From the NCBI RefSeq assembly GCF_006345805.1, contig NC_043000.1, forward strand, positions 35,340,001 through 35,404,000: a stretch of DNA of 64,000 bases, in the 5' to 3' direction. Positions within the stretch are counted from its first letter, which is position 1; every line of letters starts with the position of its first letter. The notes below the pieces were generated by a model. That model saw only the letters and a program-made list of their open reading frames with translations. It made no database searches and was not told where the DNA came from. Origin of the DNA: Octopus sinensis (lineage: Eukaryota). Shown here one piece after another: positions 37,050 through 50,422 of this stretch. The translations under genes were made by a program, and so were the position numbers.

Positions 37050-37275
37050 TCGCACATTAGCTTACCCCATCCATCAAATCAAACAGGTACACGATGTACT
37101 CCTCCATCAAATCAAACGGGTACATGGTGTAACCACGCGTCAGATATCGAAGTGAACGCAGAGCAATGCGAGATGAAGTGCTTTGCTCAAGGAAATAATG
37201 CACCAGCCGATCTAAGAATTGAAATCACTATCTAGAGATCGTGAGTGTAACACCGTAACCACTAAGCTATGCGCC
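37050..37275 (-). mobile_element. tRNA-derived CORE-like SINE
   Basis: Reverse complement GGCGCATAGCTTAGTGGTTACGG...ATTTCAATTC...CCTTGAGCAAAGCACTT. Confidence 0.7.
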
Positions 37276-37311
<36 letters not shown>

Positions 37312-37566
37312 TGCAAGAAAATTGCCATACTGTTTTTGCTTGGATGTCTTTTCCAGACAATGTTTATAACGGCTGATTGCATGTTGGTGTGAGTGCCACC
37401 AAACGGTGGTTCCAGATATTTGGGAAGTGTCCAACAAATGGCCAACCACATTTGCAACCGTTGCAGCCGTGACTGTCACTCGCACATTGGCTTTGTCAGT
37501 CACAAGCGATGCTGCAGTACCAGTCCAAGGCGTAGATCCATAGTCTTTCGAGACTAATGGATGCCA
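37312..37566 (+). mobile_element. 3' terminal fragment of a BovB/RTE-type LINE, directly after (AAT)n
   Basis: HICNRCSRDCHSHIGFVSHKRCC zinc finger, then CCATAGTCTTTCGAGACTAATGGATGCCA end. (AAT)n at 37276-37311. Confidence 0.78.
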
Positions 37567-39382
37567 ATCACACACACATACACACACTTGTTTTATAGGT
37601 GAAGAAGTGCTGTCAAAGGCATTCCATCTACCCAGTTCGCGCGCTCACACATATAGCTAATACTGTAAGCTAAACAATACTTCATGTAAACTATAAAGTT
37701 ATTTGTTTTATCAGAATAAAAAATACTGGGGACGGTTCTCGAATCTACTGATAACTTTTTGGAATGGAATGTAGACTTGTTTTAAGACAACGAGTGAATG
37801 TTTCCATTAAGTTGACAAAATAACCCGAACTAGCATATTTAAGTGGTCTGACTGTTCCTCTAAACAAGTAACCTCAGAATTTACATATGCATAGTGAGAG
37901 AGAGGGGGAGAGGGAGAAGAACAGAGAGAGAGAGAAAGAGTGAGAGGAAAGAGAGAAACAGACATAGAGAATGGTAGTCTGCGTGCCGTAAAATTTAAAG
38001 ATATACGTGAACTAAAATTTTTTAAAATTGAAATGTTAACTTTATTTACATTGGATATCATTGCGGAACAAGCATAGAAATACTTTCACAAGAAAGAGTT
38101 TTACATACGGCACACCATTATTGTGATTATATGAATGAAAAGTTTAAAATGAATCGTTCTTGTAATAAGACCGACCACTAACAATGTAGCACTGGCTCGT
38201 AGGTATTTCCCGAATCCTAGACCACGTAACAAACTCCCTAAGAAAACAATGTGAATCACTCAAACGCATGAAGTCAGAGGGTTACAAATCGCAACGGCTG
38301 AGGGCAGAGTTCATAGTGGATGGTGAGGGTTTAGTTGGTTACTGAGAGTCGAGGCTCTGAAGAGAACTTTGAGACTAAGGTTTAAGAGAATTTCGCTCTA
38401 CCCATCTATACATATACAGATGCGCATTTTCGTTTCACAAACTAGACAAAGAGTACTCAATACTTCCGCTAGAGTCTATCCAGTTATTTAGATTATGCAA
38501 CGCACTCACATGTCCACATACGCGCAACCATTTATACATTGCATGCATTCTTTAGCTGTCCACCATTAAGAAAGGGTGGGGGGGAGGGGGGTGTAAGGAG
38601 GTGTTGGTGATAAGTGTTCGGTGCCAGCTGTTGCTAGAATTGGTTGGCATCAGTTGAAATGCAATATATCAAGGAAATTGTCCCAACATCCGGCAACACA
38701 ATGAACAACAACCAAAGAACAAATTGCCTCAGCAGATAATTACTAAATCTTTAGTCGATCACTTTGAAACGAGCTTCGATTTTTGCACCACGCTTAGTTT
38801 TCTTCTTTCTTTTTCTTTCTCATTGTGTGTGTGCGCGCGTGCGCAAGGGTAACGAATATGTTTTTTTTCTTAAGTTTTACTCTTTGTCCCTCGCAAACTC
38901 TCTCACACACACACATTCTCATACCTTCATTCATAGTAATAGATTGGCAGGTGTATGTGTGTGTGTGTGTGTGTGTGTCTGTATATATACACACATTTTA
39001 AACAAAGTCCACCTCTTCCTTCTTTCATGCTTCCTCTCCGGTTTGTTTTTATTTACTGTTCACCTTTCCATTTACCACAAACATCGTTCTCTCTTACAGT
39101 CTTCATCTCATTTCCTTCCTCTTCTTCTCCCTCCCTACATCCACCTTACTAATTTATCCCCCCGCCTCCCTCTAATGAAATAACTTGAGTATTTCTGTTT
39201 CAAGACAGAATAGAGAAATCGTTTATCTCTCTCTCTCTCTCTCCTTTTTCCATCTCCATGATCCACATTAATACATTGTCATTATATTGTCACACACACA
39301 TTTTCTTTATCTCGTCATACACCCTCCCTCATTTCTACACACATTCACTGCTTTCCCTCCACGCATCTGTGTGTGTGTGTGT

Positions 39383-39422
<40 letters not shown>

Positions 39423-40330
39423 GCTTGCATGCGCGCTCATCCAACCACCTATCCAACTTTACTTCTCTAATCTCTTCACCGATTTACGTGGATTTAACCA
39501 AATCTACTTCCTTTCCACGCAGTCCAGTTCTAACACCCCATCTACCCCGGTATCTTCATTGCTGCTTTCATACGCTTCTTATTGTCTTTTCTTTGCAACT
39601 CACTTCTATCCCACCCGCCGACCCATCCCCATGTTCAAACCCCCTCTCGTTTTTTCCTTCTTACCTTTCGTTCGTCCATCGAAGCCTAAAAATCACTTTG
39701 CACAGCAACAATTACTTAAACTTTAGCCAGTTCGATCCGATAACCCACCCTCCCCCATAATTGATTTCTGTCTTAATTCAGCTGTCTTTACAGCACCGGC
39801 TGTTTCTTTCCTTATTATATCAACTACGAGACTCCGCCTTCCATTGTATGCGTGTACACATACACACACACACATTTAAACACACCTCCAGCCAACGAGT
39901 CTACATTGTTCATATCAACAATACCCACCACCACCACAACAACAACAGCAACAACTACTGCAACTACTACTACTACTACTACTACTTTCACCATTATTAC
40001 CATCACCACCACCATACCTACTACCTCTGACAGACTCCTATGAGGTCGTTATTCCTGCAAAAAATAGTGCAGATTCGCCCTACAAAAAGTAACTTATCAC
40101 TTTGAAAAAGAACACATTAATATAGTCCATGATGCATTGTGCCTGAAAAAAGTTAAGAAATGATCATGAGTGGAACCCCTTTTATCCTAAATGTATTAAT
40201 CAAGACTAACCTAAGGTTAAACAACAACTAGAGTCCGGCGAAACACCACCGACGTCAACAACATGGCCAGTGGCACATCCAACAACTTCTTTACCGTCAG
40301 CAACTAATTATTACTAACACGACTACGGAA

Positions 40331-40810
40331 AGCCGGACGAGAGAAGGCCGGACGAGAAAAGGCCGGACGAGAAATGGCCGGACGAGAGAAGGCCGGACGA
40401 GAGAAGGCCGGACGAGAGAAGGCCGGACGAGAGAAGGCCGGACGAGAGAAGGCCGGACGAGAAATGGCCGGACGAGAAATGGCCGGACGAGAAATGGCCG
40501 GACGAGAGAAGACCGGACGAGAGAAGGCCGGACGAGAGAAGGCCGGACGAGAGAAGGCCGGACGAGAGAAGGCCGGACGAGAGAAGGCCGGACGAGAGAA
40601 GACCGGACGAGAGAAGACCGGACGAGAGAAGACCGGACGAGAGAAGACCGGACGAGAGAAGACCGGACGAGAGAAGACCGGACGAGAGAAGACCGGACGA
40701 GAGAAGACCGGACGAGAGAAGACCGGACGAGAGAAGACCGGACGAGAGAGGGCCGAACGAGAGTGGGCCGGACAAGAGTGGGCCGGACGAGAGTGGGCCG
40801 CACGAGAGAA
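40331..40810. repeat. Minisatellite: 32 x 15 bp, consensus GGCCGGACGAGAGAA
   Basis: Exact 15-bp period with no indels. Variants GACC-, -AAT and -GTG occur in blocks. Confidence 0.97.
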
Positions 40811-41609
40811 GGAAAACCGATTTTCAAATGACCTAAAAGTCTGAATTTCGTAAGCTTTTTAAACCGAATGCTCAAAAGACCAACTTTTGAAATAGTTTGG
40901 GAGAAAATGATGTGGAAACGGTCTTATGAGACATTTATGGTTCTTACTAGAAGTTTATTATAAAATTTTTAGTTTTATGCTATATCAGAATAGCAAAGAC
41001 GAGTTATGATTAGCATATTTATTTACATAATAATTCTAATTTTGGTACAAGGCCAACCAGATTCTTTGAACATGTGTAGCAAGCTGTAGTTTCTGTTTCT
41101 TTGTTAAATAATTTTTTAAGAATAGATGGGAAAACGTTTGAAGAGCGAAGATCGTAAATTTGTGGAAAAGTATAAAAACTTAGCGTTAGGTTAAGGATTC
41201 ATGTTTAAAGGTTATATAAAATTTTAATTGCATTTCATTAAATTTCCCCATCTTTATCAATTTCATCTTATTTCGTTAAATTCTGTTCATTTCATCATGT
41301 TTCCGTAATACTTTCATTTGGAAATTGCGACTTCCTGTATGCCGGCAATGGAAGTTTCCGATTGACCAAAATTTCAAAAGTCTTGTGACTCTTTCATTAT
41401 TAATTTCTAGAGAAAGTGAATGCAATTTTTGTCACCAGCATACATTGATGGAATTCAGACTGTGGGAAGCGTTTTAAATATATAACCCCTTCCACTCCTA
41501 AAACTGACGGCCTTGTGCCACAATTTGAAAACTCTTCTTCTTAGTATTATTGTTAACAACTGAATATGCTCGCTATATTTTGATTACTTTTATCATTTTG
41601 ATATAGCCT

Positions 41610-42010
41610 AAAGCGGCGAGCTGGCAGAAAGATTAGCATACCGAGCGAAATGCTTTGCAGTATTTCGTCTGTCTTTGCATTCTGAGTTCAAATTCCGCCG
41701 AGGTTGACTTTGCCTTTCATCCTTTCGGGGTCAATAAATTAAGTTGCGTACTGGGGTCGATCTAATCGACTGGCTCCCTCCCCCAAAATTTTACGCCTTG
41801 TGCCTAGAGTAGAAATGAATCGTTAGCATGCCGGAAAAATGCTTAGCAGAATTTCTTCCGACTTTGCGTTCTGATTTTAAATTCCGCCGAAATCGCCTTT
41901 GCCTTTCATCCTTTTGGGGTCGATAAAATAAATATCAGTTGAGCACTGGGGTCGATGTAATCGTGTAGTCACCTACCCCCAAATTTCAGGCCTAGTGCCT
42001 ATTGTAGAAA
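41610..42010 (+). mobile_element. Two tandem SINE family A copies
   Basis: GCGGCGAGCTGGCAGAAAG head, GAGTTCAAATTCC, cores, and GGCCT.GTGCCTA tails. Confidence 0.82.
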
Positions 42011-42325
42011 TAGTTACTTCGATATAGCATAAAAGAAAGTAAATGCTATGTTTTTCGAATAAACTCCGTTTTAAAACTAAATTTTCTTTTTAAGGTTTGT
42101 TTTCATATTTTTCTCTAAAATATTTCAAAATTTGGTATTGTAAGCATTCCACCTTTCAAGATTTCGGTTTTGTGATTTTCAGGATGCACGTAATTCGGCA
42201 TTCTTCTTACTTTCAGCCTTATGACTTCACCACCAAGACCATCACTATTATTTCCAAGATGACTATTCGACCTTGCCTTCTCTTGTTACCAATAAATGTA
42301 TTAAAAAGACTAACAACCCTCTCGC

Positions 42326-42451
42326 TTAACCCTTTGAGCTCTGACCTCCTGAACCTTATTTTACCATATACCTGGCACTCTACCGGTGCTACGGTATAGA
42401 GAAAAATAAGCCGTCCACCGGTAAGCCGGTGTTACAGGCTCAAAGGATAAA
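42326..42451. mobile_element. Possible piggyBac-type MITE
   Basis: TTAA|CCCTTTGAGC ... GGCTCAAAGGATAA (degenerate right end). Confidence 0.5.
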
Positions 42452-43436
42452 ATTAGGTAAGTACAGGCAGTGTTCGCTGCTACAGGGGACAAAAACATCG
42501 TATAATACAAAGTGGCGCCATGCTGAACTCAAACTTTCTCGTTACAAAACCCATGTAGTAGTTTTTACCTCCGGGTCAACCTTGATCAGACATTTTAATG
42601 TTTAATAAGAGTCTAACCATGACCAGCCATGGGTGTTTAGAGCCAGCATATGTCATTGAAGAAAGAGGGCGTTGTTGCAAGAACAATAATAGTCAAAACC
42701 ATATTAAAACATCTCCGCCTTCGACCAACCCCCAGGACATGTATTTTGCTCCCCATTTGCTTCCCTCGTCACACAATAACATTATATCAACGGCAAGAAA
42801 GTTTTGCTTTGAAATATCATTGGAGGAAAGTTTCTACAAAAGGCGGTCCTTATGGAAGAAGCGCAACTTGTTGCTTAAATATCTTCGGTTTAAAAACAGC
42901 TTTAAATAGACAAGATGCTGAATGTGAGAGATATGCAAATCTTGGCAAACAGAATCCAAGTGGAAAATGAAGACAAAAGATTAAAATAAAAGACAAACGA
43001 ATAATTCTAAGACAGGGAAATAATTTTGCTTGTCAACATGGAAGGTTCCAGAAAAAGATAGTCTTTCAGAATTTATTTTTGCCATATGTTGCCACAGCAT
43101 TATCCTGTATTAACAATGGAGATTTACACTTGTCGCTTGTGTGTGTGTGAGTGTGTGTGTAAAGTAGGAGTATATGTTTATAGGCGTGTGTGTGTAACTG
43201 GGTTTGTCGATTTGTACATGTATACGTACACTTGCATAAAACTACAGAAACACACACACGTAAACATTTATGCATACATAGACAGGTTGCTGTAATTTAA
43301 GGCTGTGTACAGTTGCATATTAACTGTATTTCTGTTTGCTCAATATGAATGTATATTGCATTGCAGATGAAGTTCGTAGCATCTGGGTCATTCATTCTAT
43401 GCCTACAGCAGAGAGGAGGTGTAATTATTGAGTTGT

Positions 43437-43450
43437 GCACCAGATGGCGT
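43437..43450 (+). promoter_or_regulatory. CTCF-like motif GCACCAGATGGCGT
   Basis: Close to the CTCF core CCAC/TAG(A/G)TGGC(G/A), in sequence with no recognised repeat. Motif match only. Confidence 0.3.
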
Positions 43451-44077
43451 ATTGGTCTCTCTCTCTGTCCATTGCTACGTTTATTAAGTTGAATGCTAAA
43501 ACAATAAACTAATAGAGAAATAATTTAGCAGATCCAGGAAAGTAAGCTGGTGAGATATAAAAAATATTTACTCGCCATTTAAACTTTTCCCTTTCATTAT
43601 CATCACAAACAGTCGACCACCACCACCACCACCACCACCGTTTCATTATCACTACCACCGGCGCCATCATCATCACCCACATCTTCCTTTCATGGTCACA
43701 TAATTAAATACTACGCAGACCAATGAAGAAGCCTGTATGTGGCCGCGCAAGCTACAACAAATAACAGGCAACTCGCCCTCGGAGCACACCCTGACGTCTT
43801 AAAGATATGAACGATGCATCAAATAATGTAGTCCTAGACGAACTAGCTTTGAAAATAAAATGGGTTGGTCACAGTTTTAATTTTACTCGGTCAGATCAGA
43901 CCCTGGGCAAAACGACTGCAATCTGACCGACCCTGCCCACAGAAGTAACCAGGAACTCTCTTATAATGTCAACCATGGTTGGGAGGCGAAAATGTTTTAC
44001 TTTGCTACAACATGGTTTGTGTGTGCATGTGTGAGCCTGTGTGTGTGTGTGTGAGCGTGTGTGTGGGTGTGTGAGCT

Positions 44078-44109
<32 letters not shown>

Positions 44110-44670
44110 CTCACACAGTTTTATTCTTACCGGATAAATATAAGAATGCTGAGGATTATCATGCTTAAAAAGGATCATTCAGGTAAAACTGCCCTCTTTA
44201 TTCTACAGAACCGTCATTAAACGCGTGGTTAGTTCTTGGGTGGGGGGACGACGCAAAAACTGAGTTAAAACAAACAAAACCAAATGAAAAAGACTTCCAA
44301 CCCTACTTTCTCCTTCATTAAACGGGTTCTGAGCCTGAAGTATTTGGTAGATAAAACAAGCTAACCTAGCAAATTGTGTGACAAAGGGTGAGACATCCTT
44401 ACCTCTGTCCCTTATATATTCGTATCTCAAAGCCAAAGAAACCTTTCTAATTCCAGTGAAAAAACAAAAACAAAAATACAATTGCATCAGTTGTAGCAAA
44501 TGTGCGAAAAAATCTCTTTTTCAGTCGGTGGCTGAGTGCACCATGTTGTATGCAGAGTATAGACAAACGAGTCCGAGGTAGGAAAGTAAGCCAAGATGAA
44601 AGGTTGCGCAGTGAAAAAGGTAGCGCAAGATTGGACAACGTGGAACCAGAGAACAGGAGCGTAGAAGAAG

Positions 44671-45930
44671 AAAATTAGTGCAATAAACGAATACAGAAGA
44701 TTTAGTGCAATGTAGGTGGTTCTGAAGCAATGCAATACAGTCACAACGGAAACTTCAGTGCAGAACAGTCGGTAGAGAAACTTTAGGCAGAGAAATACTG
44801 TAGAGAAATACAGACAGAAAAAATATTTTGCAAAGCAATTGCTGTAGAAAATTTAGTGAAATAAAGTCAGTAAACAAATAATAGTGTATTAGAGTCGGTA
44901 CAGAATTTTAGTATAAGCAGTCAATGCAGATTGTTGAGAAAATTCATTGCAATAGAATTGATAAAGAAACAGTGGTGCAAGAGAGTGAATAGAGAAACTT
45001 TAGGACAAACCATTCAATAGAAAAATTCCAGTGCAATACAATCGGTATAAAAGTCTGTTTGCAGAAGAGTCGGTGGAGAAAATTTTGTGAAATAAAGTTG
45101 AGGGAGGAAATTTTAGCGCAATAAATTGGCAAAGAAACTCTATAGCATCGGAGTCGGTATAAAAACTTTGGAACAAAATATTCAGTAGAGAATCATTAGT
45201 GGAATAGGAACAGTAACGAAACTTAAGTGCGATAACAGTAGGAACTGAAATTTCGTAGATATAGTCATTAGAGAAAATTTTGGACATTTCGCCAGAGAAA
45301 TTTCCGTTCAATACCGCCAGTAGTAAAGTTTAATAAAAGCGGAAATTCTGTACAATAGAGTCAAGATGGAATATAGTATGATTCAGTCAAGACAAAACCG
45401 TTCTTTCATAGAGTCAGCTGAAAGACTTGAGTACAATAAAGTCACTTGAAAAACTGTAGTGCAATACTGACATTAGAGGAATTTCGTAAATGCAGTCGTT
45501 AGATAAAGTTTAGTGCAATACATTCAATAAACTTCAATGCAAAGCAGACGGTAGAAGTTGGTGAAATACAGATGATAGGGATGACTAAGTACAATATAGT
45601 CGGTAGAGAACTGTGGAAAAGAGTCGATACAGAAACTTGTGCAGAGTTCGCAGAGAGAATTTAGTGATACATACAGTCGATACATAAAGTGTAGAGAAAA
45701 TATTGTGCAATGCAATCGCCAATGCAACACATTCAGTAGAAGAAGATTAGAACAAAATCTTTTGGGGCAATAGAGAGAAAGAAAATTTGGGGCAACGAAT
45801 TTGCTTGAGAAATTATATTGCTATTGTTAGAGAAGTTTTGGTGTCACAGACTGAAGAAAATCTTAAGTGAATCACAATCAAGACAGAAAAATTATTGCAA
45901 TTCATTCGGTAGGGCAACTTTAGGGAAATT
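44671..45930. repeat. Old degenerate tandem array, unit about 27-28 bp (AAATTTAGTGCAATAGAGTCGGTAGAG-like)
   Basis: TTTAGTGCAAT and AGTCGGTAGAGAAA variants recur throughout about 1.25 kb. Confidence 0.75.
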
Positions 45931-45999
45931 CAATCGCTAGATCTCCGAGGCCCATAAGCTTGCTTCATAAGATGGTAGAGCTTGTTGCTGTCATTTGCA

Positions 46000-46900
46000 T
46001 CAGCATCAAGTAGAATTACACGAGCAAGACTTTTCCACCAGTTGTCCTGCATCTTCCCGAGTAATTGCTGCTGTAGAGATTTTGTGTTCTTGTAATGAGA
46101 AAGAACTGCACAACTGATAAACCTCTATGCAGTAATAAATTGTGGGCAATGCACTTTGCAGACAGGAGTCTCTGAACCCCAGCATCATTTTCATCAAACC
46201 AGTCCCTATGATCGGTTGTAGCATATCCCAGTGTTTCAGCAGTGCATTGAAAATCCTTGTCTTGAAACTCCTGCCAAGTTGTAATATCTTCCAAGATGGA
46301 TAAATTATCTTGAAGTTCCTTCCTCTCAGCAGGATTGTATATGTTACGGACAGTCAGGTGTCCATGAATCCTAACTGACCCACTTTCCTCTTTCACCATC
46401 TGGAACTTTATTTGCGCCAAGCATTGATCTGTCCAACACTCAGTTCCATGAAAGGACTTGACATTATGAATGAAATAAAAATCACGTCTGCGAATGCTAA
46501 CATAGTTCAGCAAGTGCCAAACCTTAAACCCTGGGTGATCACCTTTCACCTGAAAGTGTGCGCTTGCAATGTAAATATCATATTCATCACGGAGCTCTAA
46601 GAGCATGAAACCACTGCATCAAAAGGCTCAAGGGAAAGTTCTGTACTTGCCAATCTGTTCCAACTCTAGTAGTGAAATCTCTCTGTAGGATGACTTTGTT
46701 GAACTTGAGGATTTTCCGGTGTAAAAGAGGTTATATCATCTTCATCAGAATCTGCCAGAGTAGGATAATAGACACTTATCAGAGTAATAAATCTCCCATC
46801 TTTCAAGTGCAGACGCAGAGTAATAAATCTCCCATCTCTCAAGTGCAAACGGTCATTTTAGGGATAGGAAGGTCCATGTTCTCGAGGATTTCTGATCAAA
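46000..46900 (-). mobile_element. Degraded BovB/RTE-type LINE, endonuclease region
   Basis: LRLHLKDGRFITLISVY.PT; HPGFKVWHLLNYVSIRRRD; GTECWTDQ; DWFDEND. Contains a 36-bp tandem duplication at 46781-46851. Confidence 0.8.
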
Positions 46901-47090
46901 CTGCAAGATCAACGTCAGCTTTTTTGTGATTGCCCTTCAGTTTTCTCTTTTCTCTTAAAAAAAACGGGGGCAGCTACCTCCAACCTCCTGAAGCTGACCA
47001 TCACCTTCGAAAAGAATCTCGGAGTGAGCAGCTATATCTATGTTCTATCAGTTCAGTTTACAAGCAACAAGTGTAGTACGTCCTTCAAGA

Positions 47091-47471
47091 TGGAGGCGCA
47101 ATGGCCCAGTGGTTAGGGCAGCGGACTCGCGGTCGTAGGATCGTGGTTTCGATTCCCAGACCGGGCATTGTGAGTGTTTATTGAACGAAAACACCTAAAG
47201 CTTCACGAGGCTCTTGCAGGGGATAGTGGTGAACCCTGCTGTACTCTTTCACCACAACTTTCTCTCACTCTTTCTTCCTGTTTCTGTTGTACCTGTATTT
47301 CAAAGGGCCAGCCTTGTCACACTTTGTGTCACGCTTAATCTCCTCGAGAACTACGTTAAGGGTACACGTGTCTGTGGAATGCTCAGCCACTTGCACGTTA
47401 ATTCCACGAGCAAGCTGTTCCGTTGACCGTATCAGCTGGGACCCTCATCGTCGTAACCGACAGAGTACTAC
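47091..47471 (+). mobile_element. tRNA-derived SINE family D (Arg-like head), full length with 14-bp TSD
   Basis: GGCGCAATGGCCCAGTGGTTAGG (A box) and GGTTTCGATTCCC (B box). TSD TACGTCCTTCAAGA at 47077-47090 and 47472-47485. Confidence 0.88.
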
Positions 47472-48280
47472 TACGTCCTTCAAGACTGTATTCATTCTTC
47501 TTATCTAACACAAATGGAAATATTCAGATTCCATTCAGATTTTATAAATGCTTTGTTTTCCGTTCACAAGGTGGACATCCATCAGTAGCGCTAAAGTGAA
47601 TTGATAGAAAAAGACAGGCAGCAAATCCCTTTCCTACCCCCTGGTCTTCGGGTGAGCAATTCTTTCCCCAAATGGAGCTGCTCAGACACTCATGCAGCAA
47701 CCGAACTCCATCGCTAAATTAGACGACGAGGAGACGGTTTTTTTTACCTAACATGGATCATTTCCGTGGAGGTCGCTGACTACATGCTTCCAACCCATTA
47801 AGTCTGCATGTTTCGCCACCTTTCCCTATATTGCCTGTGCCGAATTTTAGGTTCAATAAAGCACGTACGACACTCCATAGACAGTCTCCATCCGGTTGAC
47901 ATGATCCAGAGACTGGCCGAAATAAGATATCTCGTATCAATGTTTATATACGCATGCAGGCGTGCATACTCACACATGCTTACATACGTATATATATCTC
48001 TCTTTATATATATAAAACTGAGAATGCGCGCCCGTATGTGTGTATGACTAAAACTCGAGAATTACCCAACCAATTTCATTCAGATTTTACACATGCCTTA
48101 CTTAGGGTCGATGGAGTGTCAGGGCCAAGATATTTTCAACTTCTTGCTTAATGCGAGCGCGGAGTAATCTCTTATCTCTTACACTGTTTCGGTATCACGT
48201 GTCAAAAGTGAAACAATAGCATTTCTATTGTAATATGACATATTGGTTTCACTTTCATATAGTTTCAATTCCAATTATTT

Positions 48281-48349
<69 letters not shown>

Positions 48350-48649
48350 GAATATATTTCGTTTTCACATTTGGTTTTCAAGATTCTTTATGTGAGTTTG
48401 TGTGTTGAAGCATATTTTGTTGTGTCTGGGGAGAGTCATTCTCTTTTAGTGCCGTATTATTTAACGCACTCACCGGTAAAGTTTCCACTCATTTATTTAT
48501 TTTTCCTAAAATTCCTGTTGCGTCTTGCGGAGCGAATACCTCCAGCAATTATAGACTGTCCTACTTCCTCTCACAAGTATTACGACCTCCCATTGAGATG
48601 TCCCCAGATGTCTGTGTGAGCACGGAAGATCTTAGTTAAATCAGTACTT

Positions 48650-50290
48650 GCAACCACTCCAGCGACCTGACAGGTTGTGTAGTGAGTAGTATGGATGTGA
48701 TTTCACTCTACCCATCTACAGACATAGATTTTGCTGGGGAGAAATGCATTGAGATGATCCGTGAGAGTGAAGTAGAGTTCCGTGAAGTCAACACGAGGGA
48801 ACTGGGCCTCCTCCTTAGACTAAGCTATGACAACAACTATTTAGACGACCATGACCTCAATAGATTCTACCCCACCATGTCATAGAGGGAAAGACCACCC
48901 ACCATCACCTCAGCAGTGAAGAGAAGCACCGTAGAGTGTTGAAGTACCCACCCAAGGCCCTGAGAACAACAGTTAGGTGGAAGGAATGATTGCACATGCA
49001 ATAGGGGCTAACGTAAGAACCACTTCGGAGAAGCACATAGTAAAGTTTAACAAGAAATTATACATGCAAGTTCAAGGCGCGGTCATTGGTGACGGTGTAG
49101 CTGGAGATGTGGCCTCCCTCTTCATGACCGAGTGGGACAGAAAACTTAAGCAATCCTTAGCAGAACAGTCCATAACTCTTTTACTTTACAGTAGGTATGT
49201 AGACGACATTAATATCCTAGTTAAGACCAACTCTAGTAACGGTAATGTAGAAACTGATAGGAACACAATGGAGAGCATCCAGCAAGTAGCTAAAGTATCA
49301 AGGTAACTACTGATCACCTCACTAGGCACCCCCAACAATAGACTAACCGTCCTTGATACTGAACTTTGGTTAGAGACTGTGAGCAACAGAGTGCAGCTCC
49401 TCCACTCCTATTACATGAAACCCACAGCTTCGAAATATGTTGTTCACAAGAATTCAGCTTTGTCACATAACAGGAAAATTAACATACTGATAGCAGACTT
49501 AGTTTGGATAATGAACAACTTGTCCCCACCATGCAAACTCTATGGAACGAAGAAACATGTAAAGAACTTTATGCACCGCATGCAATTCTCTGGATATGAT
49601 CAGAAAGATGGGGTTCGAGTATACAGGGGTGCTAGAAAGAAGCTAGATAACATTATATATAATGAAATCAGTGGTATCTGCCCTAGATATAGAAGCAAAT
49701 ACTGTAATAGAATACAAAGAGCTTGTGGCAAAGCTAACAGGGTGAACACGTTGTATAAAACCGACAAATATCAAGGAGTGATGTTTGTAGAGGCCACAGC
49801 CCATGGAGAGATAGCCTGTAGATTTAGGAAAGCTCTGGAGGAGACCAAACTCAACACTAAGATTGTTGAAAAGCCAGGGAACTCCATCAGATCACAACTA
49901 TGTAGGACGCATCCCTTTGAAAATACCATATACACCAATGATAACTTCATGGTATGTAGGATTAACCCTAGCATTAACTGTAGAACTAGAAATGTAGTCA
50001 AATCACAAGATGCATAGAAGGTGCTTGTAAAGACAAGAACATGACATACATAGGGGAGACATCTAGGAGCATTGCAGAAAGACTAAATGAACATTTGAGA
50101 CAATATGACGACAAAATACAGTCCTCCATACTCTATCAACATGCCATGGACAAACATGGAAGCAACCTCGGTCAACTTGATATCCGCATTTTATCCAACA
50201 CCCAAAGGATCCAACGCTCAGACAAATACAGGTGTGCATCCTCATAAATGAAACATTCCCAGCACTAAATAGGAAATATACGTAGTAAGT
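48650..50290 (+). mobile_element. Penelope-like retroelement (RT + GIY-YIG), degraded
   Basis: MDVISLYPS; FNKKLYMQVQGAVIG; YSRYVDD; YMKPTAS...SAL...K; YIGETSRSIAERLNEH. Confidence 0.88.
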
Positions 50291-50376
50291 AATCATACTC
50301 CCAGATCCATAGTTTATATCTATATACAGTTAGAATAGTTAGTGGGCTGTTATGTAGATGCATGTATGTGTGTTTG

Positions 50377-50418
<42 letters not shown>

Positions 50419-50422
<4 letters not shown>

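Noticed and set aside
40297-40875. Long repetitive ORFs (LVRPS/AGREK/SSGLL) and possible CRISPR array
   Set aside because: A stop-free 15-bp unit keeps several frames open on both strands. There are no unique spacers and no cas genes, and the context is eukaryotic.
42598-42970. piggyBac transposase fragment next to the TTAA MITE
   Set aside because: No recognisable catalytic or Cys-rich motif.
43513-43530. 10-nt micro-exon (ag|ATCCAGGAAA|gtaagc)
   Set aside because: No polypyrimidine tract, length not a multiple of 3, and no partner exons found.
46781-46851. 36-bp tandem duplication as a functional repeat
   Set aside because: Local slippage inside a dead RTE fragment.
47091-47165. tRNA gene
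   Set aside because: tRNA-like head of a TSD-flanked SINE with no convincing acceptor stem. No real tRNA, rRNA or snRNA gene was recognised in the window.
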